Source: Flectonema sp. DT1601
Taxonomy: Eukaryota
Length of the DNA stretch: 64,000 bases
Direction: 5' to 3'
Assembly (NCBI GenBank): GCA_964019425.1
Contig: OZ025780.1
Location: 620,001 to 684,000, forward strand
A program made the translations under genes and the position numbers. Shown here piece by piece: positions 24,100 to 36,734 of this stretch; position 1 is the stretch's first letter, and each line of letters begins with the position of its first letter. Under the pieces are notes generated by a model. It did no database searches. It was not told where the DNA came from and saw only the letters and a program-made list of their open reading frames with translations.

Positions 24100-24139
24100 C
24101 CTTAGTTTGTTTGAAATTATCTAAGAGTTGGAGAAAAAA

Positions 24140-24210
24140 TGACCCCAGACGGAATCGAACCGCCGTTGTTGGATTTGGAATCCAAAGTGCTACCGCTACA
24201 CCATGGGGCC
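24140..24210 (-). tRNA. trnW-CCA: tRNA with anticodon CCA (tRNA-Trp)
   Basis: GGCCCCA-TG-GTGT-AGCGGTA-GCAC-T-TTGGA-TTCCAAA-TCCAA-CAAC-GGCGG-TTCGATT-CCGTC-TGGGGTC-A folds into a full cloverleaf; T6 Pol III terminator follows immediately. Confidence 0.95.
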
Positions 24211-25187
24211 TATATAAAAAAAAGGGTTTTACTTATTGGCTGTTCTTCTGCTCTACAAGATTTTATGTTTTTTGTTCTTCTCACTTCTATGTTTGTCTTT
24301 CTTTTATATTTTTTCTGACAATTGAAAAACACGGGAAACATTTCTGAGGACGTCAGAAGAGCGGCAACAGAAATGAGATAAAAGTCACGCATCCTTTAAA
24401 TTGGACGCACGAAGCTCATTTGCTTACCCCTACGATGAGGAAAACAAACAGCCCGCAATTTTCTTGTCAACTCCGACTGTCCTTTCCACTTGCTCAAAAA
24501 AAGGATTGCTACAGTGGACCCCTGACCGCAGGCAATTCGCTTCATCAATCTATTAGGATTGAAGGTAAAGACAACCGCAGGAATCGGTTCCACAACAAAG
24601 AAGTATCTACACTGTAAATGGAGCGCAGAACAGGACTCTCGCTTGCAATCACAGTGAGCTGCCGATCCATGGAAGTCCTTCAACGGACTGCACGCGTATC
24701 TTCGTCTTGTTATCAAATAAGAAAAGAGCGTTGGTGCTCAGAATATTCGCAGCAAATTATTCTTCGTTTATCTGGTCAACTCCAGTCCTTTCACCCACTC
24801 GCCATAGTAGATGCCTAACCCTCTCTACCTGACTTTCTTGAAATTCATAATTTTCGAAGATTTTTTTTAAAATGCCACATTCCCTCAAAAGAATTGAATA
24901 TGCTTACCACTTGTTCTTTGATCGACTATTTAATTCCTGCCGTCATCATTTACATGGCTCAGCTTGGCATGTCCCTTTAGTTCCCTATGAAGCTCCTATG
25001 ATCGTAGGACAACAATAAACTCGGCTCGGGTTAGTTACCGAAGCAAACTCATTTTTCACTCTGCTCCCTATCAAGTCTTGTATAATTTTTTTTTTCATGC
25101 AAAACTTGTTTTCTCTTCTCTCCTGCGTCCACCTGTGAGTGAGATGTTTCCTTTTCGAGTAGATTCAGGTTTGGTGGTTAAAAAAAG

Positions 25188-25339
25188 TTGGCTTTATCTT
25201 AAAAACTAAACAGAAAATAGTAATATAACAACTGTGATTTTTTGTCGTGCACAAACCGTGAACCGACTTATAAAGCTAAAGGAGGTTTACGTGTGCTGTC
25301 CAACATTCTTTTTCGTTCTCACAATACTTGTTAAATGCA
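25188..25339 (-). repeat. Repeat family B (~150 nt); copies ~5441-5540, 5766-5880, 20010-20137 (intronic), 25188-25339 (inverted), 52811-52960
   Basis: Shared AAGAATGTTGGCAGCACACGTAAACCTCCTTTAGCTTTATC..AGTCGGTTCACGG; internal inverted repeat GCTTTATC/GATAAAGC. Confidence 0.88.
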
Positions 25340-25500
25340 AAAAAAAAAATAATGAATGGTTTCACGTGTGAATCATAGAGGTTAATCGTTATATATTAAA
25401 AAGGAAATGTATTTTTAGCTTAGCTTTGCTTGCACATGAACAGAAATTTTTTTAATAACAAAAAAACGATTTTCTTTTAGCACACGCTGATTTCCGAGGT

Positions 25501-25543
<43 letters not shown>

Positions 25544-26091
25544 CGGGAAGATAAAATGGAAACTACTTTCTTCGTCCTTTCTCATTATACAACAAATTTG
25601 TACAATCTTTCTACTGACTCTGATCGTTGTCTCGACATACAGCGACAGGGAAAACCCGCGAGCTGGGGACGACAGTCTTCTTCAGCATTTAAGCATTTTT
25701 CGACTTGAAAAGACATGACCCTTCAATTTAATGAGTTCTCATGTTTCTGGGTTTGGGAAGGGGGAATGTGCACTTCTTCTCTTGATCCTTTGTTCTCATT
25801 GATCCCTTGTCTCTGTGCACAAAAAATAATTCGTCGTCTACCCAGCTTTACATTTGTCGCTGTATCAGTAAATAAAATGGGGCGAAAGAAGGGGGTGTGA
25901 GTCGTCCGTCCTTTGATCTCTGGGGCGTACGGACGTCAAGTTTTTTCGCTTGAAAGTTTTTCATCCTTTTCTTGGGTTGGGGGGCGGCCTTTGATTTTTA
26001 TAATATGTGTGCGGCCTTTGGCTCCACTGGTCGGTGTTTCCTGGGGGGGGGTGAAAAGCATGTTCTGGTCCGAGTTTGCCTCGTTGACCGG

Positions 26092-26125
<34 letters not shown>

Positions 26126-28925
26126 GGGGGGGTCTGGTTGCAGGTTGTGTCTCCTGCTTCGAGGGGGCTTTGGTCACGTTTCTAACCTCGCTCCCGCTCT
26201 TGTTCTCCCTCGTCCTCTACCATGTGTTTTGGGTTGGCTCTGGGGTCTTGGCTCTGTCTTTTCCTCGACTCTTGAGACCTCCTTCGTGGAGTCCCTAGCA
26301 CCTTCCCCCTTTCGACGAGAAGTCCAGGACCCTTCGTGTTGGATCCCCTTCTCTCTCCCTCATCTCTCCTTGGGTGCTTTTCTCACACGCTTTTTTGTGA
26401 GATGCATCTGGTGAGGCCAATGTCGATGGTCTTCTGCTTCGCAGTGTGAAGAATGTCGACAGCGTAATAGTACTTTCTGGTGCTGTGTATATTGCACCCG
26501 TAAAAAGGAAATAAGTGACATCTTCTGTTTTTGTTTTGTTTTTATTGCTTTCTCTCCTCTCTTTTTTTTTTGTTGTTCCTTCGTGTGAGCGCTTCGTAAC
26601 TACGACACCCAAAGAAGAAAACATAAAAGAGAAACTCTTCTGACGGATTGTTCGAAGGGGTTCATCTTTTTTAAGACAACCGTTGGTAAGGTTGTAGGCT
26701 GTTGCCAGTACAATATACCGCTGGGGATCTTTCTTACTTCTTCGTGGGTTTAATCGTATTTTTTGTAAGTTTTTTTTAAGGTATTTCTTTTTCCCGTTTT
26801 TAAACGCCCATAGTTGTTTGGAGTTAGAGAGAAGTAGCTTTGTTTCAATTCGTGTTCGGTATTTCCCATTGTTGAGAGAACGGAATAGCATTTCCTGCAA
26901 TGGAAGCACTGTATCAATATTGTCATTGATGTGAGAATACTGATTATTGGTAATAAAAAAAACATAAAAAAAAAAAAAAACGGCGATACTTTCAGTCCGT
27001 AGTATATACATATTGCGACACCCCACGCTGCTGGTAATGGTAAGTGTACTCACACAAACCCAGTGGGTTGTCCCACCATGCCTTTTTAGCCTTGTCAAGA
27101 AGGAAGGCAACCTGATGCTTTTATTTTGAATCTTTATTTTATGGTCCTTACCACTCTCGCTTGCATGTTATGGTCGAAGTCAGTACGGTGCAGGTTGTTG
27201 CTGCTTCCTTGTAAAAAAAACAATATTCTTGTCGCTGTTATGGAACTGTCCTTCTGCGCAAAGAACTTTAGTTGATTTCTTAAATGGTGCGTGATGAATG
27301 TGTTTTCTTTTTTATTGTTGTAAGTAATGTGATGTATGGAAAAAAAAAAAGTAAATAATGAAAAAACAGACTATCGGAAATCTCTTTATATGCACAATTT
27401 TTTGTCACGAGACCACACCAGGAACGATTATTTTGACAAAAAAAAAAACACAACCTCAAGCAAACCATCTTCGGATTTTTTCCCCCTCTTTTTTTTCTCC
27501 CGTTCGTTACCTGTTTTTTGATTTATTATTTACTTTGATATCCTTACTGAATTTGATTTGATTTGATTATTATTTTTTTTTAATTCTGTGATGGCTCTTC
27601 TCTTGCACTGCCTGCTTCGTGTATGTAGTGAGTTCGGGTCGTCACTTACTTCTGGTTAACTTCTCGCCTGTGAGAGTCTCACGGTTGTGGAACTGAACTA
27701 CCCCCGTGAGTTTCTCCAGGAGTTGGAGCATTACAAAATAAGAAAAAAAAACAGAGCTAATAATATAATATTGGCTAACATTATGAGTGTCCCCCCTTAC
27801 TTTCTTTCGTTGAAGAAGGTTGGGTAAGGGGAATGGTTTTAAAGAAAATATTTTTTTAATTTTAATTTTTTTTTTTCCCGAAAAATAAAAAAACCCCCAA
27901 CAAATTATTTGTTTGATGTCCTTATCAATTTTTATTTTATTTGTGATAAGCTTTATTGTAGTATTTATTAGTTATTATTATGATTGCGGGTTAATCTATT
28001 GGTGAATCTAAATTATCAACAACAACAAAAAAAAAAATGAACCGCAGTAAATGGAATCGGGAAAAAAAAAACGTTGTTGTTGTTGTTGTTGTTGTTGTTT
28101 TTTTTTTTTTTTTTTTTACTCATGGAACATGTTTTGATACTTCCCAGACGCTTTCTGTGAAGCTAACCAATTGACTTAATGAATACTATATTCGTACTGA
28201 AATTCCCAAGTCCGGGTTTTTTTTTGGTAGTTATCTTTCCCTCGATGAAAAGGACCCAAATACACTTCGGGGTCCCGCATGAATCTGTTTGTTGTTTTCT
28301 TTTTGATGAAAGTGAAAAATTTGAAGGTGAGCGTTCTCAGCAATCCACGACGAGTCTTCTTCTCTGTCGATATGAGTTACCTGAAACACTCATACGTTGG
28401 ATTGACTATCTGACAGGTTCCTTTTATCATAATAATTTTTATCTAGATTCAGATTAGCCTTATATCTCGTTGAACGCAGACAGAATCCTGTCTCAAGAGG
28501 GGGAAATCATGAGAATATAAGAAATAACAGCTTTTCAATCTGAATAGTTTTCTTCTCCGACTATGACAGTCTTTTTGTCTGAATTTTTTTTTTTTTTTTT
28601 ATTATTCAAGCAAGTAAGTCCCCGGTCATAGTGAGGTGAGATGTGTTGCTGGGGTTCATTCCTGCGCGACAATATCTCATGTCACTGGTGATTTTTTTTA
28701 ATTTTTAATTTTTTTTGGCAGAACCCTATTTTAGTTTTTAGCCAGTTTCAATGTTATCCCTCTATTTTTATTTTTTTAAACTAGGCTTGTTATATGAGTA
28801 TTATCAGCTGTTTAAAAAAAAAAAAAAAAAAAATCAATGCGATGCGTGTTATCGGTGTTTACAAAAAAAAAAAACATAACGCAAATCTATTATTAAACCT
28901 TTTTGTATATTTGTTTTGTTTATTG

Positions 28926-28992
<67 letters not shown>

Positions 28993-28993
28993 T
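28926..28993. repeat. (TTA)n microsatellite
   Basis: Directly visible. Confidence 0.95.
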
Positions 28994-31900
28994 GTTTTTT
29001 TTCTTTTTTTTTTAAAATTTTTGGTGTAATCCGTTTAGCGATGAACTTTTTCTATCATATGCGAGCGATTATTGCTATACCGCCTATACTTTTTTTTTTT
29101 TTTTTTTTTGCTAACAAAAAGAAAAAAAAAAAAAAAGGATTCAGTTCTAAAAAAAACTATACCGTAACAATCCTAACAGGATTGTGTCTTCTCTATGTTG
29201 TGTGTGCATCGTAGCTCTGTGGAGACAAACCCTAGCTTGCTGTATCAGCGATGCACTTTATACAATGTAAGAGACCCCTCTATATTTCTCTATCTGACAT
29301 AGCTGGTTACTATAATTTACTGTATCTGTGGCAGATGTCAGATTATCGTTCTATGATACAATAATTAAACTTTTTTTATTTATTTATTTTTTCCAGTTTT
29401 TTTTTCTGGTTCATTTGTCTTCGTTTTATGTTCTCGGTTCTTACTCGAGAGAGTGACAGTGTAGCTCTTTGTGGACGTAGGAACAATTACTTAGTGTATT
29501 CAGTTAGTATTTTGCTGATGTGAATTATGAGGTTCACCTCTTTTTTTTATTTTTTGAAGCGGCATGACCGAAGACAATGTTTCTTTCACTCTCTTATTTC
29601 CAATACCATCGCCTACCGAGGTTGACTAGCCATGTGGAGTATTTTAATTTACATTTATAACAGAAAGAGTAAGTGAAGCGAGGGAATGACAATTTGCCAT
29701 TTACCGACTGTTGACCGTATATGCGGGTTATCAGGTTTCCTTTTTGTTTTAGGTTTTTTGTTAGTAGTGAGATGTGCTATGTTTACTTTTAATGCAATTA
29801 TCGTATCATCAAATACCGGTATATATACGGCTAGTGACAATGGCTGCGCCCCTTCCGGTTAAATTTTCGAGACGTTTATGAGTTTTATAAAAAAAACGCT
29901 GTTACGGTAGCATAGGTGGCAAGTGGCCTCCAGTGGCCGTTTTTTATTTATTTTGTAGTCATTTGCTATGCTGCAGCTGACAGTCAAGATTGTCTGAGAG
30001 ATTGTTGTTCCTTTTGAGCTTGATAGTATAGTATCAATTTACCCGTTTCTATTTAGCAACTGCAAAAAATTTTCAGTCAAAATTTTTGATATTAATTTTG
30101 TTTTTAATATCTAAAGTCATTGCTGTTTTTACATTTGTCAAAGTTTCACCCTCCTTTATGGAGGTGTATTGATTACTCTCGAAATCTAATAGTTACTTTA
30201 AAAAGGCTTCGTTAAATATACATCACACCTAGTCACTGTATCTAAAAAAATTAATGTTAAATTATCGTTTACAATACATTTGTATTTTACGTACAAAATC
30301 AAAAAAAAAAAAAACAGTTAGTCCCCTTAGGGGACATCTATGTCTCAGTTTCATTTTTTTTTTTGTTTTAATCACGATTCCTGAATTACATATCTTATGG
30401 TTTTGTTAAAAAAAAAAACAAGCCATGTTAAAAATACTACCTAAGGTTACCTGATGCTAATCATTTGTTTCAGGTTATTCTACGTCTCTTATCGTCTGTG
30501 AGAGTCTCACGGTTGCTGGTAGCGATATAACTGTTACCCTTGTGAGCTTTTCCTGGCTTTTGGCTTCCTAGGCTTCGTAAATAAATAAAAATATTACCTA
30601 AGGCTAAAAAACAATTGTGGTCGTCTTATTTCACCCTCTTGCAAAAATGATCCATGTTTTTTTTTCTTTCTATTAACATCGATCCTCTATTACCCTGATT
30701 TCGATTACATTTTTTTTAAAAAAGGAAATCTTTTTCACCCTTCATTTTTTTTTTTCTAATATGTGAAGAAACGACAACGCTGCAATGGTTGCGGCATTAC
30801 AAGATTAGATCTAGCTTCACATCACAAGAAGTGCACAATGTACCTTGCCCTCGTAAGTGAACTTTAGATTACCGCCGCTAGTAGTGTGCTACGAACTAGC
30901 AAGAAAAAGAACTGTTTTTTTTCTTTTAACTTCGGTTAAGTGTAAGTTGCTAACTAAACTAAACTAACGGACTACAGGGCATGGGACGCTCAACCTGGTA
31001 ATACGTGGTCTCCGAATTACCAGATTCGACAACGTCTTTTGGTCAGTAAGACAAAAAATATAGTTTTCTCTTTTTATGTTTTCTTTTTTTCTAAACGTAG
31101 TTTTCTTTGATTAACAAACTACAGATATTTTTCAGTCAAGTACTTTGATATTAATTTTGTTTTTAATACCCTAAAGTTGTTTTTACATTGTCAAAGTTAC
31201 ATTCCCCTTCCTTTTTTTCAAAAAAAAAAAAAAAAAAAACGACCTCTCTCTCTTTCTCTCTCCAATTTTTCTTTTTAGTTGTGTTTTATCATTTTTTTTA
31301 TACGTCTAAGACTCTATGTTTATTTTTTATTAAATTATTTTGAACATTGCTGGATCTTCAATTTTTTTTATTTTATGTTGGATTTTGACGAGGGGATAAA
31401 AAGTTACTTAAAAAAATCTTGCTTATCTTTTTTTTTCTTTTTTTTCTTTTTTTCCTAATTGCGTTGTATTCTCACATGAAAATTTTCTGTCTGCGAGTCT
31501 ATAGCGCTCATGCTATGGGAGACTTGAAGCTTGGGTTAATCACGATAAAAATAATTTGTCTCGGAATTAAGAGTTGCTTTTAATTAATGAATCTTATGAT
31601 TTGAATTTTTTAAAAATATTTTTAATAACTTCACAGTTCCCTTTTTTTTTTTTTTTTTTTTTTCTTCTTTCCAGTAGAATATGCCTCTCGTCAACCAACC
31701 AGTGAGTAACCTTAAAAGGAAAATGTTTTTATTTTATTTATTGTAGTCCTGTTGAAAGCTCTATCAGCAATCTTGTTCACAAGTTCCTTTTTTTTTTTTT
31801 TTTTTTAAATTAAATTATATGTACTCCATGAAAGTGGAGTTACTGTTCATTCCAGGTTAATTCCTTTTTTTTTTAAAAAAATATTTTTTTCTGTATTTTG

Positions 31901-32529
31901 TTGTGCAAAAGTAATTTTTATGCGTAACGCTAAGCACCTATATTTAAGAGGTTTGATTACCAGTTGCGTACAATTATTTATTCCCCTTTTAATTTTTTAA
32001 AAATAATTTTTTTTTTTACATGTACCTATGAAAAAAAAAAAAGTAATAAAAAAAACTAAGGGGAATTTGTATTGTTAGTGTAACTTTCCACCGTTCACAC
32101 AGTTTGTCACCATCGCCAAATTATAGGTCGTTGAATCTTCTTGTGTGTTTTGTATCCCTTTTTTCGGCTGATACAACGCTTAAGGAAGAGAGATCGACTA
32201 GCTCCTGTACTTCGTATCGGTATAGAGAGATATAAACTGTGAATGGTGGACAGTATATGCAAACAGATTAAAAGTGTAAATATATTTACCTTTAAACTTT
32301 GCACGTATTCATTTTTTTAAAGTTACGGTTTCCTTTCCTGATGATCAATCGGTTGAAGGGACAGAATGGGAATATGCAACTGTTGATTCATGTTTCCGGT
32401 TGCAATCACAAAAAAAAAACAAACAAACAAACAAACAAAAAAAAAAAAAACCATCAGTTAAGTGTTTTTTTTTTTAACTACAATTTTATATAGTTTCAAG
32501 TTTCAAATTTATTTCTTATTTTCTGATCT

Positions 32530-32742
32530 AATGCGGCATGTTCTCCCTCTTTGACGCAAAATGGTGTTATCAGCCGTCTCTAACACTGTCTGCTCGCGTG
32601 GGCGGTGGGTTTAGGTAGTCATTTGTTTCAGGTTATTCTACGTCTCTTATACGTCTGTGAGAGCCTCACAGTTGCTGGTAGCGCTGTGAGCTTTTCCTGA
32701 CTTTTGGCTCCTAGGCTTCGTAAATAAATAAATAATAAATAA
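32530..32742 (+). mobile_element. Repeat family A, SINE-like with (TAAA)n tail; copies 30461-30591 (5'-truncated, with TSD), 32530-32742, 34411-34597, 53611-53830; fragments near 27668 and 58281
   Basis: Near-identical ~200-nt body. 18-bp direct repeat TAAAAATA(C/T)TACCTAAGG at 30429-30446 and 30586-30603. Confidence 0.9.
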
Positions 32743-34677
32743 GGATTAAGAAAATGTATTATTTTTTTCTAAAAAAAAAAAAAAAAAAAAAAAAAGACGT
32801 GCATTCAACCAATCGATATGTATCAATTATTAGTTTGCATGCAGTGGGTCTGGATAGTTACTTACTTCTGGTCAACTACTTCCTTTTTTTTTTTTTTTTT
32901 TTTTTGAAAAATTTCTTTTGAAAAATTTCCCCTCCACATTGACTCTACACAGTCTGTGGATATAAGTTTTGTAATCTCTGAGTGATGCGATGATGCTAAC
33001 TAAGTATCTGTTTGAGGTGGAAGTAGTTTGCCTTCTTATTATCAGAAGGCACAGTTAGTTACCCTCGACTCTAAGGTTTTAGATAAATACAAAAAGAAAA
33101 AGAGTAAATTCGCATCCACTTTGTTGAATTTGCATTATCTACTTTCCTTGTCTTATTTTTTTTAATTTTTTTTTTTGTTTTTTTTGAAAAAAAAAAAATA
33201 TAAATAATTCACGTGTTATGATTAAAAAAAATTTTTTTTAGAGAGATTTGCCCTATGAAGAGTAGCCTATGGCAAGAAAGGTGAAAAAAAAAAAAAAAAA
33301 AAGAACAAAATAATTTTTTTTGGAAGAAACATGTTCCCGTTTTGAACAAGAAATATATCACCTAATACTAGTTGCTTTTTTTTTTTTCTTTTTTTTTTTG
33401 CACCGACGAAGTCGTAAAAAAAAAAAAAAAAAACTATTCATTTTCAAGAGCCGTTTATTTATTATTTTCTCCTTGTGCCACCACCAGTAATAGTCTGCGA
33501 TCACGACAAAATACGTAAGGCTTATCTGAATGGTTTTTTTTTTTTTTCTTTCAAATGCCGAATTACTAGGTTACTCCATGATAAACTCTCTTTTTTTTTC
33601 TTAAGCATCACATATATTTTTTTTTGTTTTTTTTTTTTTTGTAACTGTTGGTAGTATTTGTAGTCAAGGGAAAAAAAACGATAAAAATCATTATTTTCCA
33701 AAAGCATTGCCGTAGTTCCTTTTTCTCTTTACCTTTTGCTGCTTTCCGAATATAGTATCAAAATTATCACCTGTAAGGCGTGGTTAGTCTATTACCAATT
33801 GCGTATTTTAGTTGGGATTCTTTTTTATCGACATTCTGTCTGGGCGAACATTTGCTCGTTTCTTTTTTTCTTTTTTTTTTTTTTGCTTTCCTAGTTGTTT
33901 CTTGCTATCTATATGGTTGTGTGTTCTTGTGAGTGTAAAAAAAAAACAAAAAAAAGGTGTTCCTACACCCAATTTTTAAAAAAAAAAAAAAAAAAAAGTA
34001 TATGCAAACCGTACCTTTTGTGTGTGTTTTCTACTTTTCTACTTTTTTTTTTTTTTTTTTTTTTTGTATTTCTTTCCTCTTCCTCTACCGTGCGAGTTTT
34101 TTTCCTTGTGAGAAAAAAGTACCTTTCCACTTTTTTATTTATTTATTTTTTTAAATTTTTTTTGTAATCATTATAAGTATGCTCAAATATAATTAACATC
34201 CTCCTCCTCCTCCGCTTTCGTTTAATATAATGATTAATACGTACAACCACAAGGGGAACTACACCTTATTTTCATTTTATTTATTTATTTATTTTTCGTG
34301 TTTTAAATGTGATCGCTTTAATGTTAATTTTTTCTATTCAACAGGTAAGAGAGTACATGCACTGATCTCAAATATTAATAATTACTTCCCTCTTAATGAA
34401 TTAGTATTTCAATGTGGCGTGTTTTCCCTCTTTTTGACGCAAAATGGTGTTATCAGCCGTCTCTAACACTGTCTGCTTACGCAGACGGTGGGTTTAGGTA
34501 GTCATTTGTTCCAGGTTATTCTACGTCTCTTATACGTCTGTGAGTGTTTCACAGTTCGTTGGTAGAGATTTAACTGCTACCCTGTTGAGCTTTTCCTACT
34601 TCTTTAATAAATTAACTAACTCAAGTTATATTTCACAACTCAGATGATGGTACTCGATTGTGGTTAGCAATTCCTTA

Positions 34678-35856
34678 ATGAGATCATCTACAAAATGGAA
34701 ACTACTTCTGGTAGTTGTTATTGTAATTGGAATAGTAAGTATGTACAGCATAAATACGACTGTGAAGGGAACTGATACTTTAAAAGCTTCAAATAAGCAG
34801 GCAAGTCAAACAGCTAGTCCAACCGTAGTGACATTCGCTTCTTACAGTCACCGAGTATTTTTATTGAATTGGTTGGTTGGGGTGACTGGAGCAGGAATAG
34901 CACCATCATCGATTCATGTTATTTGTGTTGATAAAAAAATAGCAGCATGGCTGAGTGCGTTGGGAAAGAATTGTGAGCAAGAACTAGTACTAGACACGTT
35001 AGATAGTCAAACGTGGATTACAAAACAAAATCGAAAATGTGATCCATCCTATTCACTTGTTGTATGTGAGACACAAAACTGCTGTTCATCTGCTTGTGCA
35101 GTTGATGTCCATTGCAATAGTCTTCATTTCGTAGAAAAAACAAACAGTTGTCGACTTTGCACTTCTGAAACATCATCTGCCTCCCGAATTGGTGTTTTCA
35201 TGAAAAAACACAAAATACAGACCCTATTCAAACTTAGAATAAAGATTCTACGAGAATACATAAGTAGAGGAAAGTCTATTATTCTATCTGACTTGGATGC
35301 CACGTGGGTTCGATCCCCGGTCGATTACATTGTCTCATCTGGAAGTGACATTGTGGCTCAACGGGGATCATATCCTAAGAATTTAGCAGAAAAATGGGGA
35401 GCAACAGTATGCATGGGATTCTTGTATATAAAATCATGTCATCGAACTGAAACATTTCTTGAAATTGTTCAGACTGAAGTTGATGCTGTTGGTGATGATC
35501 AAATTGCTTTTAATAAAGCTCTTGATTTGGATGTCATCTCTTGGGGAGGTCCTCTTACGTATGAAACAAACATTGACTTTTCAACTGGGTTATCACAATC
35601 TGGTATTGCCGTCACACTTTTACCTCATAATTTATTCCCTAGAATATGTCCATGGGGAAGCCTTCCTTCAATGGTCGTCGTAGCCCATTGTTTTGACAAG
35701 GGTGTTTCAAAGAGTGATCCTGGTCAAAAAATGCAACGCGCAGCCTCTCGTGGTATTTGGTATCTAAAATCAAATTGGAAAGACACACCTGTTGTTGGTT
35801 TTGACGATTTCTTAAATGAAGTTGCTAACAACAGCAGGGCTTCTCTGCTGTTGTAA
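34678..35856 (+). CDS. Nucleotide-diphospho-sugar transferase (GT77-like), type II membrane protein
   Basis: N-terminal TM; LLNWL; ILSDLDATWVRSP (DxD); CMGFLY; DDQIAFN. Confidence 0.85.
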   Translation: MRSSTKWKLLLVVVIVIGIVSMYSINTTVKGTDTLKASNKQASQTASPTVVTFASYSHRVFLLNWLVGVTGAGIAPSSIHVICVDKKIAAWLSALGKNCEQELVLDTLDSQTWITKQNRKCDPSYSLVVCETQNCCSSACAVDVHCNSLHFVEKTNSCRLCTSETSSASRIGVFMKKHKIQTLFKLRIKILREYISRGKSIILSDLDATWVRSPVDYIVSSGSDIVAQRGSYPKNLAEKWGATVCMGFLYIKSCHRTETFLEIVQTEVDAVGDDQIAFNKALDLDVISWGGPLTYETNIDFSTGLSQSGIAVTLLPHNLFPRICPWGSLPSMVVVAHCFDKGVSKSDPGQKMQRAASRGIWYLKSNWKDTPVVGFDDFLNEVANNSRASLLL

Positions 35857-35890
35857 AGACTGTTTTTTCCCCCTAAAAATCTTTTTCTAT

Positions 35891-36108
35891 GGTTAATTTT
35901 CAAGACAATATAATGTATTAATTAAGTACTCATGAGTTTTATAAAAAGCTGTTACGATAACATAGGCAAGTGGCGCTCAACTATGTTCACGTGGCCTCCA
36001 AGTGGTATTATTTATTTATTTGCAGTCATTTACTACGCTGCCGCTGACAGTCAAGATTGTCGGAGAAATTGTTGTTCCTTTTGAGCTTGAAAATGCAGTA
36101 TCAAATTA
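35891..36108 (+). mobile_element. Repeat family F; copies ~29857-30044, 35891-36108, 57411-57480
   Basis: Shared GCTGACAGTCAAGATTGTC..GA.ATTGTT.TTCCTTTTGAGCTTGA...GTA.CAA.TTA then a C-run. Confidence 0.8.
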
Positions 36109-36734
36109 CCCCTAACCTCTCTTTTCTCATGCGTTCGATTTATTTAAAAATTATCAGAATTGTTTGTAAGGACAAGTAATAATCCATCTACCGGTATGAG
36201 GTTATTAGATTTGTCGGATACATGCGAGCAAGCTTTAATCTGAGAATGATGTGATCACCACCTCCCCTTTTTTAAAAAAAAAGGGGAGGTAGAATCGTTA
36301 GATTTTTTAAAGATTAGCTTTGAATGTCAAAAGAAACACACACACACAGTATATTATACTAATGTACGTGTGTGATGTTAGATGACGAAGAAAAAGGAGT
36401 TTCCATTTTTTATCTTCCCGAAAAAAAAGGAAAGAAAAAAAAGAAAAAAAAACAACGCACACACATTATTTATTACACATTATTGTTGTGTGCTTTTTTT
36501 TTTTTTTTTTTTTTTTTTACTCCGACAAAGTCGGAGAAGAAAACCATTCAGATGTCTGCGATCAAACAAAAAAAAAAAAAAAAAATAACGATTTATCTAA
36601 GTGGTTTTTAAGAACTTTTTTTTTTATTTCCTTTAGCAAACAAGTCGTTTGGTTCCCAACGGCTATCCATTTGATTACCTGACGTTCACGTTACTGAATT
36701 ATAACTTTTTATTTTATTTTCACAGAAAAAAGTA

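Noticed and set aside
24340..24380. Hammerhead ribozyme (CTGAGGA...GAAA)
   Set aside because: No stem II can form between the core motifs; same for CTGATGA near 32338.
24290..24460. snRNA or 7SL gene divergent from the tRNA
   Set aside because: No recognisable U-snRNA, U3 or SRP motifs.
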